Below are positions 38,790 through 51,554 of a DNA stretch of 64,000 bases, piece by piece (within the stretch, counting starts at the first letter, position 1; every line of letters starts with the position of its first letter). The stretch comes from Mobula hypostoma. Its lineage: Eukaryota. The notes below the pieces were generated by a model. That model saw only the letters and a program-made list of their open reading frames with translations. It searched no databases and was not told where the DNA came from. The translations under genes were made by a program, and so were the position numbers. The stretch covers positions 102,178,001 to 102,242,000 of the forward strand of contig NC_086107.1 in the NCBI RefSeq assembly GCF_963921235.1, written 5' to 3'.

Positions 38790-39329
38790 CTGCAAGAAGC
38801 AAGAGGAGACTGGTTAGACAGACTTGGAAATTAACAGTATAATTAAACATATACAGATCTCTCGATGTAACGGTGTTCTACGTTTTAGGAATGGCTTCTT
38901 CTCCACCATCAGATTTCTGAATTGTCTATGAACACCATCTCAATACTTCCTTCTCTTTTTCCACTATTTATTTATACTTTATATATTTCTTATTATAACA
39001 CACAGTAATTTCTACATACTTTGCTGCAAGATAACAAATTTCATCACTTACATCAGTGACAATGAATCTAATTGTGATTCTGATGCCAATGAATTGGATT
39101 CTGATGCAAACTGAAGTTATTATTTTCCATTACCAAATCAGGCTCTGAAAATGTACAGAACTAATAGTTTTATCCGTGAAGAAGCCCATATTAAGGTAAC
39201 TCTTTGACTGTGTTAATCTTTCACCATAAAGATGACAATCTATCACAATAAGATTGTTCAAAATATCTCCAGTTTGCCAGTCTTACAACTATTATGTCAG
39301 CAGGAATTAATGGTTCTAGAGCACATTTT

Positions 39330-40010
39330 GTGATCTCAATCTGGTTGACCAAATCACACTCTCCACACTGCAGATCAATTCAAAGAATTTGCTCTTCAGC
39401 CCACTGAGTTCACACTGACCATCAAACACCCATCCACTCCAATTCCATCTTATTCTCCATGTATTCCTGTCTAACTCACTCCACATTGTATCACACACTT
39501 ACACACAAGGAAGCAATTTACCATAATGTGGGAGAAAAACAGAGCAAACAGAGAAGACCCATGCAGTAGCAAGGAAAAATGTAAACACCAAACAGCTAAA
39601 AGCAAGGAATGAACCCAGCTTGTTGGAGCTGTGAGGCAGCACTTCTACTAGCTGTGCAACTGTGCCTATCAGTATCATTAAGTGAATGGTTAATGTTTAA
39701 GGCTTGGACTTGTGACGAGCATAAACTTTCAATACTGCCCTCATCTTCCTCAATCCCATCCCTCCCCACAGAAAATCCAAGTTTTAGCAGCCACATAGGG
39801 GCTCATGTAACACTATTACAGCAGTAGTGACTGCTGTCTATGAGGTGTGTGTACATTTTCCTTGTTATTGCATGGGTTTCTTCTGGATACTATGGTTTCC
39901 TCACACATTCTAAAGACACAAGGATTAGTAGGTTAATTGGTCACATGGGTGTAACTGAGCTGGAAGAGCCTGCTACCATTTCATATCTTAAATAAATAAA
40001 TAAATAAAAT
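39330..40010. mobile_element. Two oppositely oriented V-SINE-like remnants (about 39330-39665 on -, about 39830-40010 on +)
   Basis: gtgtgtacattttccttg...catgggtttcttc...tcctcacacattctaaagac with (taaa)n tail, and a reverse-complement-like copy. Confidence 0.5.
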
Positions 40011-40551
40011 CAGTAAATTCTTGGCCAGGAAACAGACTAAGAATTCTGTTTCACGTGAACACTCATCCCAAGAACACCTTTGGGAAAAAAATGTCAGATT
40101 TCTCCCTTCTCCTTTTGCCTTTGTTAGGCTCTACTTAAAGCCCTAACCACATTGCAGAAATACTTTAAAATATTTATCTTTGAAAAGATGGGCAAAATTG
40201 AGCATTTTCCTTTTTACTTTTTGGTGCTTGCAGTAATAGGCAAGACACTAGGAATGGTAGTTAGCCTATATTGATCTCACTGTCACATATTTCCAAAAGC
40301 AACAAAGTAAGGAGGACCCACTGGAAAAGGTCAGGTGTAGATTGACCCTCCAGATTGAGTCAAAGTCTTTGGGTCCAAGTCTCATGTGAGTTCCAAGCAC
40401 AGAAACATGATGCTCAGTGCAGCACAGTGCACTGTTTAAGATTCTGCATTTAGATTTTAAACTATGGCTCAAATGAATGTAAAACAGCATACAATAATAT
40501 AGGGCAGGCACCTACAGCTTCTGAATTGACACTTACTTTCAACCAATTTCA

Positions 40552-41064
40552 CAGCAAGACAATGACCCCAAGCATAAAGCCAAAGCTACACAGGAATGGC
40601 TTAAAAACAAAAAAATTAATGTCCTGGAGTGGCCAAGTCAGAGTCCAGACCTCAATCCAACTGAGAATTTGTGGCTGGATTTGAAATGGGCTGTTCACTC
40701 ATGATCCCCATGCAATCTGATAGAGCTTGAGCAGTTTTGTAAGGAAGAATGGGGAGAAATTACAGTGTCCAGATGTGCAAAGCTGATACCTATCCACAGA
40801 CTCAAAGCTGTAATTACTGCCAAAGGTGCATCTACTAAATACTGATTCGAAGGGGTGAACACTTATGCAATCAACTATTATATATATTTTATATTTGTAA
40901 TTAATTTAAATCACTTTGTAGATCTGTTTACACTTTGACACGAAAGATTATTTTTCTATTGACCAGTGTCAAAAAAAGCCAAGTTAAATCTACTGTGATT
41001 CAATGTTGTAAAACAATATAACATGAAAACTTCCAAGGAGGTGAATACTTTTTATAGGCACTGT
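40552..41064 (+). mobile_element. Tc1-like transposon 3' fragment
   Basis: [41 protein letters not shown] then a TIR-like end ...tgaatactttttataggcactg. Confidence 0.88.
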
Positions 41065-41244
41065 CGGTCACCCAAACATTATATTCTCCAAAACAGCAAA
41101 AGAGCAGTCTCCAAACTTAGGGAAAATGCAAAACGTAAAAGGCATTAATTCACATGCAGGAAACCTTTCTTGAAAAAAAAACACACCTTTAAGTAGTACA
41201 AATAGCCTACATGCATGTTCCTATTTATATATTATACAACTTAC

Positions 41245-41322
41245 CCTGAGGGCCAAATAAGCTCATGGTGAAGGACGCAGATCTGATGCATTTTCCGACC
41301 ACATTCAATACATTCAACAAAT
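41245..41322 (-). CDS. EP300: p300 exon 22 equivalent (PHD)
   Basis: 78 nt; FVECIECGRKMHQICVLHHELIWPS(G). Confidence 0.96.
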
Positions 41323-41971
41323 CTGGAGAAAAATGATACCGATGTCAAGAGTTTATAAAGTAGCAATGTGCTTGTTAATTACTTTGCACCCAGAGAAAAG
41401 TAGGGTGGTGGGAGGGTAGTTGGGTGTTAATGAAATATATGGTTTCTTTAGAGCACTATGATTCTTAGAGAGAAAAAGGGATTAAGCTTTTTTTTTTGCT
41501 GACATGCTTTTCATCGGCACATCAGCAAAACCAACTAATAAATTAGACATCTATTCATTTGACAAATGGTTTAAAATGAGTAACAGGATTATTTAAAAGT
41601 TCGCAAAAGACTACGTTTTAAAAAATTATTACCATAAACCCATTTGTCACAGATTCTCAAACAGGAAATAGTTACTAGAGAAAATTAAGTCACGTACATA
41701 AAAATCTTATCAGAATTCAATCTCAGATCAGATAATTGTGGATCTATGATAAGCAACTTATACAAAGTTGTCTACCTTAGTTGTACAAAATTTCCAACCT
41801 CAGCTGATTAACAGGTACATTAGCAGAAACTTGAAAACGAAGCAGCTTACAAAAAGATGAAAAAGACACAGGAAACAAATCACAACTATAAGAAAGTTGA
41901 CTACAAGGATTAGAGGTCCAGGATAATGTCAACAACAACCCAATAAAACAAGGTCTTCATAGAACATTTAC

Positions 41972-42028
41972 ATTTCAGGGTCCAGTGTATCATTCTTCTT
42001 CTTTGAGAATTGTTCCTTTGAAATAGTC
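41972..42028 (-). CDS. EP300: p300 exon 21 equivalent
   Basis: 57 nt; TISKEQFSKKKNDTLDPE(I). Confidence 0.95.
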
Positions 42029-42523
42029 CTAAAAGAAATAAAAATCTGAAGATATAGTAGGATGCAAGAGATAGCACACAGTCATGAAGTTTAGCTTGAT
42101 CATATCAAAACAAATGGATTAGATTCTAAAATACTGCACTGCAGAATGACTTGCTACACCACAGTCGCAAATCAATGCAACTGGAACAGACCCTTCTACT
42201 GCCAGATTATGACTACCTGCCAAGGACTTCATTTTGTTTGGAGATGCTGAAACAATTTTTTACAATGCTTTCTAAAACAAATATAATAAAAGATTCTAAT
42301 TCAATTTTTGATGTACAAAATTGCTTTTCCCATGTTTACACTAATTTTACTGCAATTTCATTTATTGATTTTCATTCAATCATCAACCCATATCTTTGGC
42401 TATATGGAACTGTTGAGAACAAAATTTATTTTACCTGCAATAAATGCAGAAGTAAAATGGCTTTTGCTAGTAAAATGAAAACAGTATCTTTTAAATGTCT
42501 GCATTATTTGAAGATATACTTAC

Positions 42524-42604
42524 GTTTGAGGCTGTGAAGGATCATCACCCAGGGAGACAGTTTCTCCCTGGATCTCATTGAAGCATTTCTCACAGAAGTG
42601 ATAC
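42524..42604 (-). CDS. EP300: p300 exon 20 equivalent (RING)
   Basis: 81 nt; YHFCEKCFNEIQGETVSLGDDPSQPQ(T). Confidence 0.96.
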
Positions 42605-42879
42605 CTGTTTAAAATAAGTATCTGGGTGATGCTTTACATTTATAACCTTATGAACAGAGGTTAAAAATCAGCTTAAGCAACAAGAAATAATAGTTTTCTC
42701 AAAGCTTTATTTTCTTAACTACAAAACTTCAGTGGGGAGAGTTTATGAGATGACAAGTTTAGAAAACAGAGTTTAGTGTTGTTTTTAGTTTAAAATAAGT
42801 GAATGACAAAATGGGACCTGGCATATTTATATTACAAATTGGCCACAATTATAAGTTTGATTATTTTGCTATGGTTTTA

Positions 42880-43290
42880 CAACAGGAAACATTAACCTGG
42901 AGAGGGTACAGAAAAGATTCCAAGGATGTTGCCAGATTGGAGAGCTTGGAGCGCTGGTTGGTCACAGTCTTTCTCCCCTAAAGTGGAGGAGGGCTAAAAC
43001 TAGAGAGCATAGGTTTAAGGGAAAGAAGGCAGGTAAGATTTAAAGGGAAGGGGACCTAAGGAACAATTTTTTTCTACACAAGCTGGGTATATGGAATGAA
43101 CTATAGGAGGAAGTGATAGAGTACAATTACAATGCACAAGATACATTTGGCTTGGAAAGATTTAAAGGTGTATGGGCAAATCACAGAGATATATGGACTA
43201 GCTCAGGGTGGCACCTTGGTTGGTACGGACATTTTAAAAGAATTAACAGTTGGGCTGAGGGCCTGGTTTCATGCTGTACGTCTCCATTAT
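42880..43290 (+). mobile_element. Decayed CR1 3' fragment
   Basis: ggagagggtacagaaaagattc...aaaactagagagcataggtttaagg...gggtatatggaatgaact...gggcctggtttcatgctgt. Confidence 0.7.
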
Positions 43291-44173
43291 GAACTAAAAT
43301 AAATAACTAGATCCATGTGTGGACAAACATCATTTTTACCTATATTCTTTTTGAAGTTTCAGAACTACAATGTTCAGATAACATTGATAGGTCCAGATAA
43401 ACAATTACACAGGATTTAACATACCAAGACATTCTTATATTTCAGGAATCTCTCAGTTCCACTCTTGTGTTTGAGTCCAGATTATGTACTGACAACCTAG
43501 AGTGTGACTTAGATGTTTCAAGATATGTTACAACTGACATTTCAGTTGAGGATGTTTTTCTTCAGCTGGTTGGAATAGTTGAATAATTCTATCATCAAAT
43601 ATGCACAATATGTATACACAATACATAATTAAAAGTAAAAATTCTGCACAGGTAACAGTCACTAAGATAATTTACTACAGTGAATCCAAATGTCATTTTG
43701 GAAATATTTTAACATGCATCAAATTACTCATCCAGAGACCATTTAAAACTGGTTTCAGATGGTATGCATAGAGATTTCATTTTTAAGTACTGTAATTCTC
43801 AACAGCTTTAATTTTTAGTCATTTGTCCAATTACATTTAATCAAAAACATCAAAAGCATTTTGAAGGCAAATGAGATACTTATGAAATAGTGTACAAAAA
43901 GAATGCAGACACTGAAATAAAGAGAAAATAGTCAAAGCACCCAGCAAGTCAGAAAGCATCTGTAGAAAGAGAAAGTCAATTTTCAGATCTGACCATTTAT
44001 CAGTTCTAAAGGGCCTCAGAATTGAATCATTAACTCTTCTGCTTTCCACAGTATACAATTTGGATTATATGCTCATAACCAGATTGGATGATGTTCTTAT
44101 AAAGACCAGAAAACAAGGTCTTGTAAAAATATCAATAAGTGATTTATTTAAAATATGGAAGCCACTGTCATAC

Positions 44174-44262
44174 CTGTTTTGATAACTGTAATAGGTAGCA
44201 TCCCGAGGGATTGTACATAACTGTTTCCCATAGCAACAGAGGGTTTGTGGAGAAAATTCCAG
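44174..44262 (-). CDS. EP300: p300 exon 19 equivalent (RING)
   Basis: 89 nt; LEFSPQTLCCYGKQLCTIPRDATYYSYQN(R). Confidence 0.96.
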
Positions 44263-45460
44263 CTGCAAAGAATAAAAGAAAAATGATTATAGCTTACATA
44301 ACTCTTCAAAACAGCAGAAAGGTTGCTGCTTTTTGTTCAAATGCCATAGAATCTTACAAATCTATAATTTGCTTTTTGGTGCAGTGTTCATATAAGGTCA
44401 CTAAAGTGCCTGCTGCTCAGCTTCATAGCTTTGTGTTAATATTTCCAGGTAACAATTTATTCCTTACTTAATTAACATATCTAAGCATTTTATTTTTTTT
44501 TACTTGATCCAATGAGAAAATCTGATTTTTAAAAAATTACTGATGGTGGCAAGTATTTTGCTAAGTGGTCATTTATGAACAGAAATCGGAGAACTGCAAA
44601 CTATATATGCTACTTTTGTATCCTTTGAAGAAAATTGAGCTCCATGTACAGATATGAGTATTATCGGGTTGGGGGAGGATGTGAAACATTAGATGGCAAA
44701 AGTACGATAAAGAGCATGAGTTTATACCTTACACTTCTCTATCTTTCCTTAAGTTGAGAAATACTAATTGCTCCTGAGCCAGAGATTTTTTAAATGTTGC
44801 TTCATACCTGACCAATTAGAAACCTCTTGTTTTAACTTTCCCATCACAAAATAGGGTACAAGCAATAAATGGCATGCCAAGTTCAGTACGCTCAAAGTAC
44901 CGAAAAAAAGTTTGTTCAGCTTAGAACAAATCCCTCATGTGCTTATTACCAAAAGATGGATATCTACATCAGGATTTGAGAACTTTGGATAAACTCAATG
45001 TAAGCAACAATAACTACAGTGAGTGGAAATACTGCACAAATGGAATGAATTTGAAAATTTTTGAATTTGGCAATATGGAAATTTAAGACACAAGAGGGAT
45101 TGGAATAAAAAGGCAGCATGAATTCCTGCTGCAGATGATTTGCCTTCATACATATAGAAACATTTAAAAAGAGAGAAGTATAATGTATGATATAAAAAGT
45201 ATGGTCACACCCATTTTAAGATTGATCGCAAAGTTAATGTAACAGGAAGTCTGTCTTCTCACGAAAACAGATTCAATCACTGGGGGGGAGGAATGAGAAT
45301 GGGAGTGTGCAGGGGATGTAGGTAAACTCTCTCCAATTATTAACTGATACTCATAAATTAATATTAGAGACATCTATTTGAGTAATCGGAATACTATGTC
45401 ATTGGGGAAATTATACCATTGAAAGCAGATGAAAAAATGTACTGGAAGTTTGATTCCAAA

Positions 45461-45805
45461 ATTATATTCCATTTGGGTAGCCTCCAACCTGATGGCATGA
45501 ACATCGATTTCTCAAACTTCCAGTAATGCCTCTAACCCCACTTCACCATTTCCCATCCCCTTGATCCACTCTCATGTTACCTCCTTGGCCACCCATCGCC
45601 TCGATCTGCTGCTCCTCCCCCCACCTCCTTCTTTCTTCCATGGCATTCTGTCTCTTTCACCAATCAACTTCCTAGCTCTTTGCTTCATTCCTCCCCCTCC
45701 AAGTTTCACATACTGCCTGCTCTCTCCCCTTCCCCCACCTTTCAAATCTACTCCTCAGCTTTTTTTCTCCAGTCCTGCCGAAGGGCTTCTGCCTGATACG
45801 TCAAT
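45461..45805 (+). mobile_element. PLE 3' fragment (GIY-YIG tail, UTR, degenerate hammerhead)
   Basis: ttatattccatttgggtagcctccaacctgatggcatgaacatcgatttctc matches 10292-10350; ends ccagtcctgccgaagggcttctgcctgatacgtc. Confidence 0.85.
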
Positions 45806-47063
45806 AATAGAGGATATATTCTTCAAAGTAACCAGTCACGGAGGAGAAAAAATATCAAGAAACACTCCTTTCACATCAAAGGTGACTACTTAGAAGACTG
45901 TCACCTGGTGCAACTTCCAGGATGCAGTTCAAACTTTTAGACTAGTGATTAAAGGATGCAGAGTTAAGATGAGGAAATAGGATGACAGCAACAAATAATG
46001 GTGGCATAATTTAATGGTAGAACAGGTTCTAGTTGTGGTGTTCTCCTGTTACTTTTAACATATCTTGGATCAATTTATACTGCTGAGTGGTAGGTGAGTC
46101 CAGTTCCGCTATTGTCAACAATACATCCAGAAAGGTAACTGCTAGTGGGCAGCTACAAAAGATTAAAAATTAAAAGGACAAAACTGATAAAAGAAACTCC
46201 CTACCATACTCGCTATCTTTAAACCTCAAGAGTTCATGAACAGCCAGCCAGTTTGAACAAAACTTAAAATGAGGTCTCGTCTGCAATTTCAAGCAGAAGA
46301 ATTACTCGTGGGAAGTAACCTTGACATATTGTTGAATGTTCATTCCTCAATCAACTCTCACTACAGGCAACTTGATTATTATTATGCTCCATTTGCAGAA
46401 CCATGCTGTGTCAAAAAGTAATCCCCTGTTAATGACAATGCACTTCAGAGACACTACATTAGCTATTTTGGGAAACCCAGGTTGCGAAAAATACAAAATA
46501 CGATCTACAACAAAGTTGGGGAGGCTACCTCTATGCAGACATGTCCCCCCCCCCAATGAAATCCAAAACAGATTCACCAGACTAATTCTGGGGGGGGGGG
46601 GGGCAGGGAAAGATTCCTATTCCAAGCAGATAAGGTTGAATCTGCATTCTCTGCAGTTTAGAAGAACGAGTGACATGTCATTGACCCCCCCCCCCAATGG
46701 GGGCATGACATGATGGCTGTTGGATGCATCCACTGCTGGGAGAACCTAACGAGGACACCATTACAAGATTAACCTGGGGGGGGGTGGTGGGGAGGTTCAT
46801 ACAAAACTTTAAAACTCAGAGGCATTGAATCTTCAAAAATCTCTATCCTGGAGGACTGTGAAAGCTACATTACTGGAGTTTTTACAAGAGATTGATATAT
46901 TTTTGAAAGATCCGGGGATTCAGGACTTTGAGAACAGGCATAGGAGTTCAGACATGGAACAGATGAATTGCGATCATGAATGGTGTGGCAAGGACCTACT
47001 CTGCATGTTCTTATAACAGGGAACAATCACACAAAAAAAAACAAATGCCAGAAATTAAAAATG

Positions 47064-49157
47064 CAAACACGAGGAAATCTGCAGATGCTGGAATTTCAAG
47101 CAACACACGTAAACGTTGCTGGTGAATGCAGCAGGCCAGGCAGCATCTCTAGGAAGAAGTACAGTAGACGTCTTGGGTCGAGACCCTTCGTCAGGACGAA
47201 CTGAAAGAAGAGCTAATAAGAGATTTGAAAGTGGGAGGGGGAGGGGGAGATCCGAATTGATAGGAGAGGACAGGACGGGGAGGGATGGAGCTGAGAGCTG
47301 GACAGTTGATTGGCAAAAGGGATATGAGAGGATCATGGGACAGGAGGCCTAGGGAGAAAGAGAGGGGGAGGGGGGGAAGCCCAGAGGATGGGCAAGGGGT
47401 ATAGTGAGAGGGGGGGGGAGAGGGGGGGGAGGGGGGGGAGGGGGAGGGGGGGGAGGGAGAGAGGGAGGGGGGAGGGGGGAGGGGGAGGGAGGAGGGAGGA
47501 GAGGGGGGGAGAGAGGGGGGGGAGGGAGGGGGGGGGAGGGGGGGGAGAGAGGGGGGGGAGGAGGGGGGGAGGGAGGGGAGGGGGGGGGAGGGGGGGGGAG
47601 GGAGGAGGGGGGAGGAGAGGGGGGAGGGAGGGGAGAGGAGGGGGGGGGGGAGGGGGGGAGGAGGAGGGGGGGGGAGGGGAGGAGGGAGAGGGGGGGGGGG
47701 GGAGGGGAGGGGAGGGGGAGGGGGGGGAGAGGGGGGGAGAGGAGGGGGGGGAGAGAGGGGGGAGAGAGAGGGGGAGAGAGGGGGGGAGAGAGAGGGGGAG
47801 GAGGGGGGGAGAGGGGGGAGAGAGAGGGGGGAGAGGAGAGAGGGGGAGGGGGGGGAGGGGGGAGGGGGGGGGGAGGGGGGGAGGGGGGGAGGGGGGGAGA
47901 GGGGGGGGAGGAGGGAGAGAGGGGGAGAGAGAGGGGGGAGGAGAGAGGGGGAGAGAGAGGGGGAGGGAGAGAGGGGGGAGAGAGGGGGGGAGAGGGGGGA
48001 GAGGGAGGAGAGGAGGGGGAGAGAGAGGGGAGGGGAGAGGAGGGGGAGAGGAGGGGGGGAGGAGAGAGAGGGAGAGAGAGGGGGAGAGAGGGGGGAGAGA
48101 GAGGGGGGAGAGAGAGGGGGAGAGAGAGGGGGGAGAGGGAGAGAGGGGGAGAGAGAGGGGGGAGAGAGAGGGGGAGAGAGAGGGGGGAGAGAGGGGGAGA
48201 GAGAGGGGGGGGAGAGAGGGGGAGAGAGGGGGGGAGAGAGGGGGGAGAGAGAGGGGGGGAGAGAGAGGGGGGGAGGAGGGGGGAGAGAGGGGGGAGAGAG
48301 AGGGGGAGAGAGGGGGAGGGGGGAGAGAGGGGGAGGGAGAGGAGGGGGGAGAGGGGGGGGGGAGAGAGAGAGAGAGAGGGGGAGAGAGAGGGGGGGGAGA
48401 GAGGGGGGAGGGGGGAGAGAGAGGGGGGAGAGAGAGGGGGAGAGAGAGAGAGGGGGGAGAGAGGGGGGGAGAGAGGGGGGAGAGAGAGGGGGGGAGAGAG
48501 AGGGGGGAGAGAGAGGGGGGGAGAGAGAGAGGGGGGGAGAGAGAGAGGGGGGGAGAGAGAGAGGGGGGAGAGAGAGGGGGGAGAGAGAGGGGGGAGAGGG
48601 AAAATGAATATAAATAAATAAATAATGGATGGGGTACGAGGGGGAGGTGGGGCATTAGCTGAAGTTAGAGAAGTCGATGTTCATGCCATCAGGTTGGAGG
48701 CTACCCAGACGGAATATAAGGTGTTGTTCCTCCAACCTGAGTGTGGCTTCATCTTTACAGTAGAGGAGGACGTGGATATACATATCAGAATGGGAATGGG
48801 ATGTGGAATTAAAATGTGTGGCCACCGGGAGATCCTGCTTTCTCTGGCAGACAGAGCACAGGTGTTCAGCGAAACGATCTCCCAGTCTGCATCGGGTTTC
48901 GCCAATATATAGAAGGCCGCATCGGGAGCCCCGGACGCAGTACATCACTCCAGCCGACTAACAGGTGAAGTGTTGCCTCACCTGGAAGGACTGGCTGGGG
49001 CCTTGAATGATGGTGAGGGAAGAAGTGTAAGGGCATGTATAGCATTTGTTCCGCTTACACGGATAAGGGCCAGGAGGGAGTTCAGTGGGGAGGACGAATG
49101 GACAAGGGAGTCGCGTAAGGAGGATTCCTGCGGAAAGCAGAAGGTGGGAGAGGGAAA
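47064..49157 (-). mobile_element. Second 5'-truncated Penelope-like copy (linker, GIY-YIG, 3' region)
   Basis: ORF 48655-48948 GLLYIGETRCRLGDRFAEH...QPDGMNIDFSNF nearly matches the 9469-10356 ORF; 47064-47405 is the reverse complement of about 10445-10789; possible TSD gccagaaat at 47047-47055 and 49158-49166. Confidence 0.92.
47406..48604 (+). repeat. About 1.2-kb pure polypurine (G/A) low-complexity tract
   Basis: Only G and A on + strand; irregular G-runs and (GA)n. Confidence 0.95.
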
Positions 49158-49530
49158 GCCAGAAATACGCAGCAGGCCAAGGGAGCTCTCTGGAGTGAGC
49201 AACAGAGCTATGTGTAAGGTCAATGCTGTTCAAAGGGGAAAAGTTAGCAAAAATTATTAAGTTACAGAGAAGGTACTCGGGTGGAAATGACAAAGAGAAT
49301 GTTTGTGATGGATGGAGATGCCGAGTTACTGAGAGCACAAGTGAAGACGTCAGATGGAGAGGATGAAAGCTTTTTAAGATCAGAAAGAGAAAATGGAAGT
49401 AGAAAAGGTTGAAAGAGAACCGGAGAAAAATTGCTGAAATTAAGATGCAAAAGAATAGAATTGCTAGAAATCTGCAATTAATTTCAGAATGTGAAATTAA
49501 CTTTATCCTCTCTCTGAAGATGCTGCCTGA

Positions 49531-50258
49531 TGTTACATGTTAAATTTTTTAAAAAACCCCGTAAGCATCATTTTAGGCACCCGGACAATGTCAATAACAA
49601 AATGCGGAAAGGTTGCAGGAACATTCAGTAGTTAAGGGACAGCGGACTGCGAGCTACCAGTGGGAGAGCGAGCTGGGTGGAGTTAGTTGAAGAGTTTGCG
49701 GGAAGTCTAATACTTCTCCATGTCCAGAAGAATTGTGATAATTAGCAGCACACAGTGCATATTGGATACGTGACTGTCACTTTGTAGGATCCATACTTGG
49801 ATTTCTGAAGTATCCTGTGGCGACCACTTGTGTTAAGGAATATTCCGTGACTGTCACCTTGTGATATCCCTCTCGGGATTTTGGAACTTAGACGTCACTT
49901 TGTTATCCCTGCATGGACTCTAGTATTTCAGAGATGACTACTCGACTTCTGGAATCTTCTGTGACTGTCACCTTGTGTCATCTTAAGGTGGATTTATGAG
50001 CTCTCCCTCACAGACACCCGTACCTATTCCCATGGATTCCTGGAAACTTCTGGATTGCTATCCTAGGACTCTGTTTGAGTAAGACTTGGGAAGAACTGTT
50101 CCTAGTCCTCCGCAGTTTGAGAGCTAAAATGCATAGCACTGTTAATTTTTGTTTAGGAGAGTAATTTGTTTAATTGTCTGTATGTGGGTAGACACTGAAA
50201 ATATAGCTGTTTAATATTAAAAACCGAGTCCGTAGTCTATTGCTGCTGGCACATAACA
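49531..50258 (+). mobile_element. Solo LTR (728 bp), possibly Gypsy-type
   Basis: TGTTA...TAACA inverted termini; 4-bp TSD CTGA at 49527-49530 and 50259-50262; ATTAAA near the right end; interrupts an old PLE-derived repeat. Confidence 0.8.
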
Positions 50259-51314
50259 CTGATCAGAATATTTCTAGCATCTCTTTTGCTTCAGTGTTCT
50301 AACAACTGCAGTGTTTTGCTTCTCACAGTTAATGTTATTATCCTTTTCTCCATTCTGTCCTCATTACCTTCTGTACTTACATTTATTACAAATTACCTGC
50401 AAATAACCAGTCGTCCCATTAGTCTCTCAGCCACCAACACCACCATTTGTATCATTCCTTGTTCTCTTCGCCCTCCTGTTTTCTATAAATTAATTTTGAT
50501 CTCCTGGCTTTTCCCAATTCTGATGAAAACTCATGAACCTGAAACACAAATTCTCTCTCCACTGATTCTGCCTGACCAGCTGAATCTTTATTGTACGGGG
50601 TTTTATTTTTCAAGGATTCTATTGTATTTCTTTGTTTTGTTGCTGCCTGCTAGAAGATGAATCCCAAGGCTGTATATGGTATACATGCTTTGACAATAAA
50701 CATATTTTGAACTTTGAATTTTCTTTTTTAAAAAATATATAAGTTTCATGATTGTTAGCATCTTCAGTTTTTGCTGTTTTTGAATCAAACTGAAGACCAT
50801 CCAAGTGAGCAAGTTTCTGAAGCCTGTGGGGAAATTCATTTACCAATAAATAATCAGATGACTAGAGACCATTTCTTTGCCTAATTTGTGAACACCTTGT
50901 TTTCAAAGACAGTCATATGGGTCTTCATGATGATTAGGCAAGTACAGCTAAGGTAACAGTAAAAGTTTGATCTCCAGGACTGTACTAAGCTAGCTGATCT
51001 CACTTAGAGAAGTGACAGATGTTACAACTGGCATCTGTGTTCTCCATTAACAAAAGCAAAAAGGATTCATGGAAACTCTCCTAATCTGCCAAAAGTGCAA
51101 TGGTGTAAATGTCAGATAAGAACAATGATTTCATAAATGGCCACTTGAATATCAGTCTATCCTTTCTATCCATTACTAACACCACCACAAGCAGCTGAAT
51201 AACAAGTAGTTGATACTGTCAAATTAAAAAAAAATTATTTGTGGAAGGAATAACTGAATGACATTGAAAGAGCCTCACAGAATGAATCAGGAAAAATAAT
51301 TGCCAGCGACTTGC

Positions 51315-51554
51315 CTTTCTACCACAGCAGTATCCAAGATTCTGCATGACAGGGTCGATCTCCAGCTCAAAGACCTCTGCCAGTTTTGTACAGTATTTAT
51401 ACACACGTGATGTCTTGCGATTATATAGCCAGGCATTGTTGAACATCAACCAAATGTCATCCACATACTGCCATGGTTCTTGGTACTGGCCAGTGTCCAG
51501 CTTGCGCTTGATTGTAGACAAGTCCATTGGTGTCTTCACTATGTCAAAGTAGTC
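51315..51554 (-). CDS. EP300: p300 exon 18 equivalent (bromodomain)
   Basis: 240 nt; DYFDIVKTPMDLSTIKRKLDTGQYQEPWQYVDDIWLMFNNAWLYNRK...GYCCGRK; donor is AAG|GCAAGT. Confidence 0.95.

Noticed and set aside
47161..47198. Functional hammerhead in the second PLE copy
   Set aside because: GAAA core reads AAGA and helix I is mismatched; likely inactive.
47333..48655. Three ORFs of over 400 aa (Pro/Leu/Ser-rich and Gly/Arg/Glu-rich)
   Set aside because: A G/A-only tract cannot contain stop codons on either strand; no evidence of coding function.
49770..49976. CRISPR-like repeat-spacer appearance
   Set aside because: Only three short repeats with unequal spacing and related spacers, inside an LTR in vertebrate DNA, with no cas genes.
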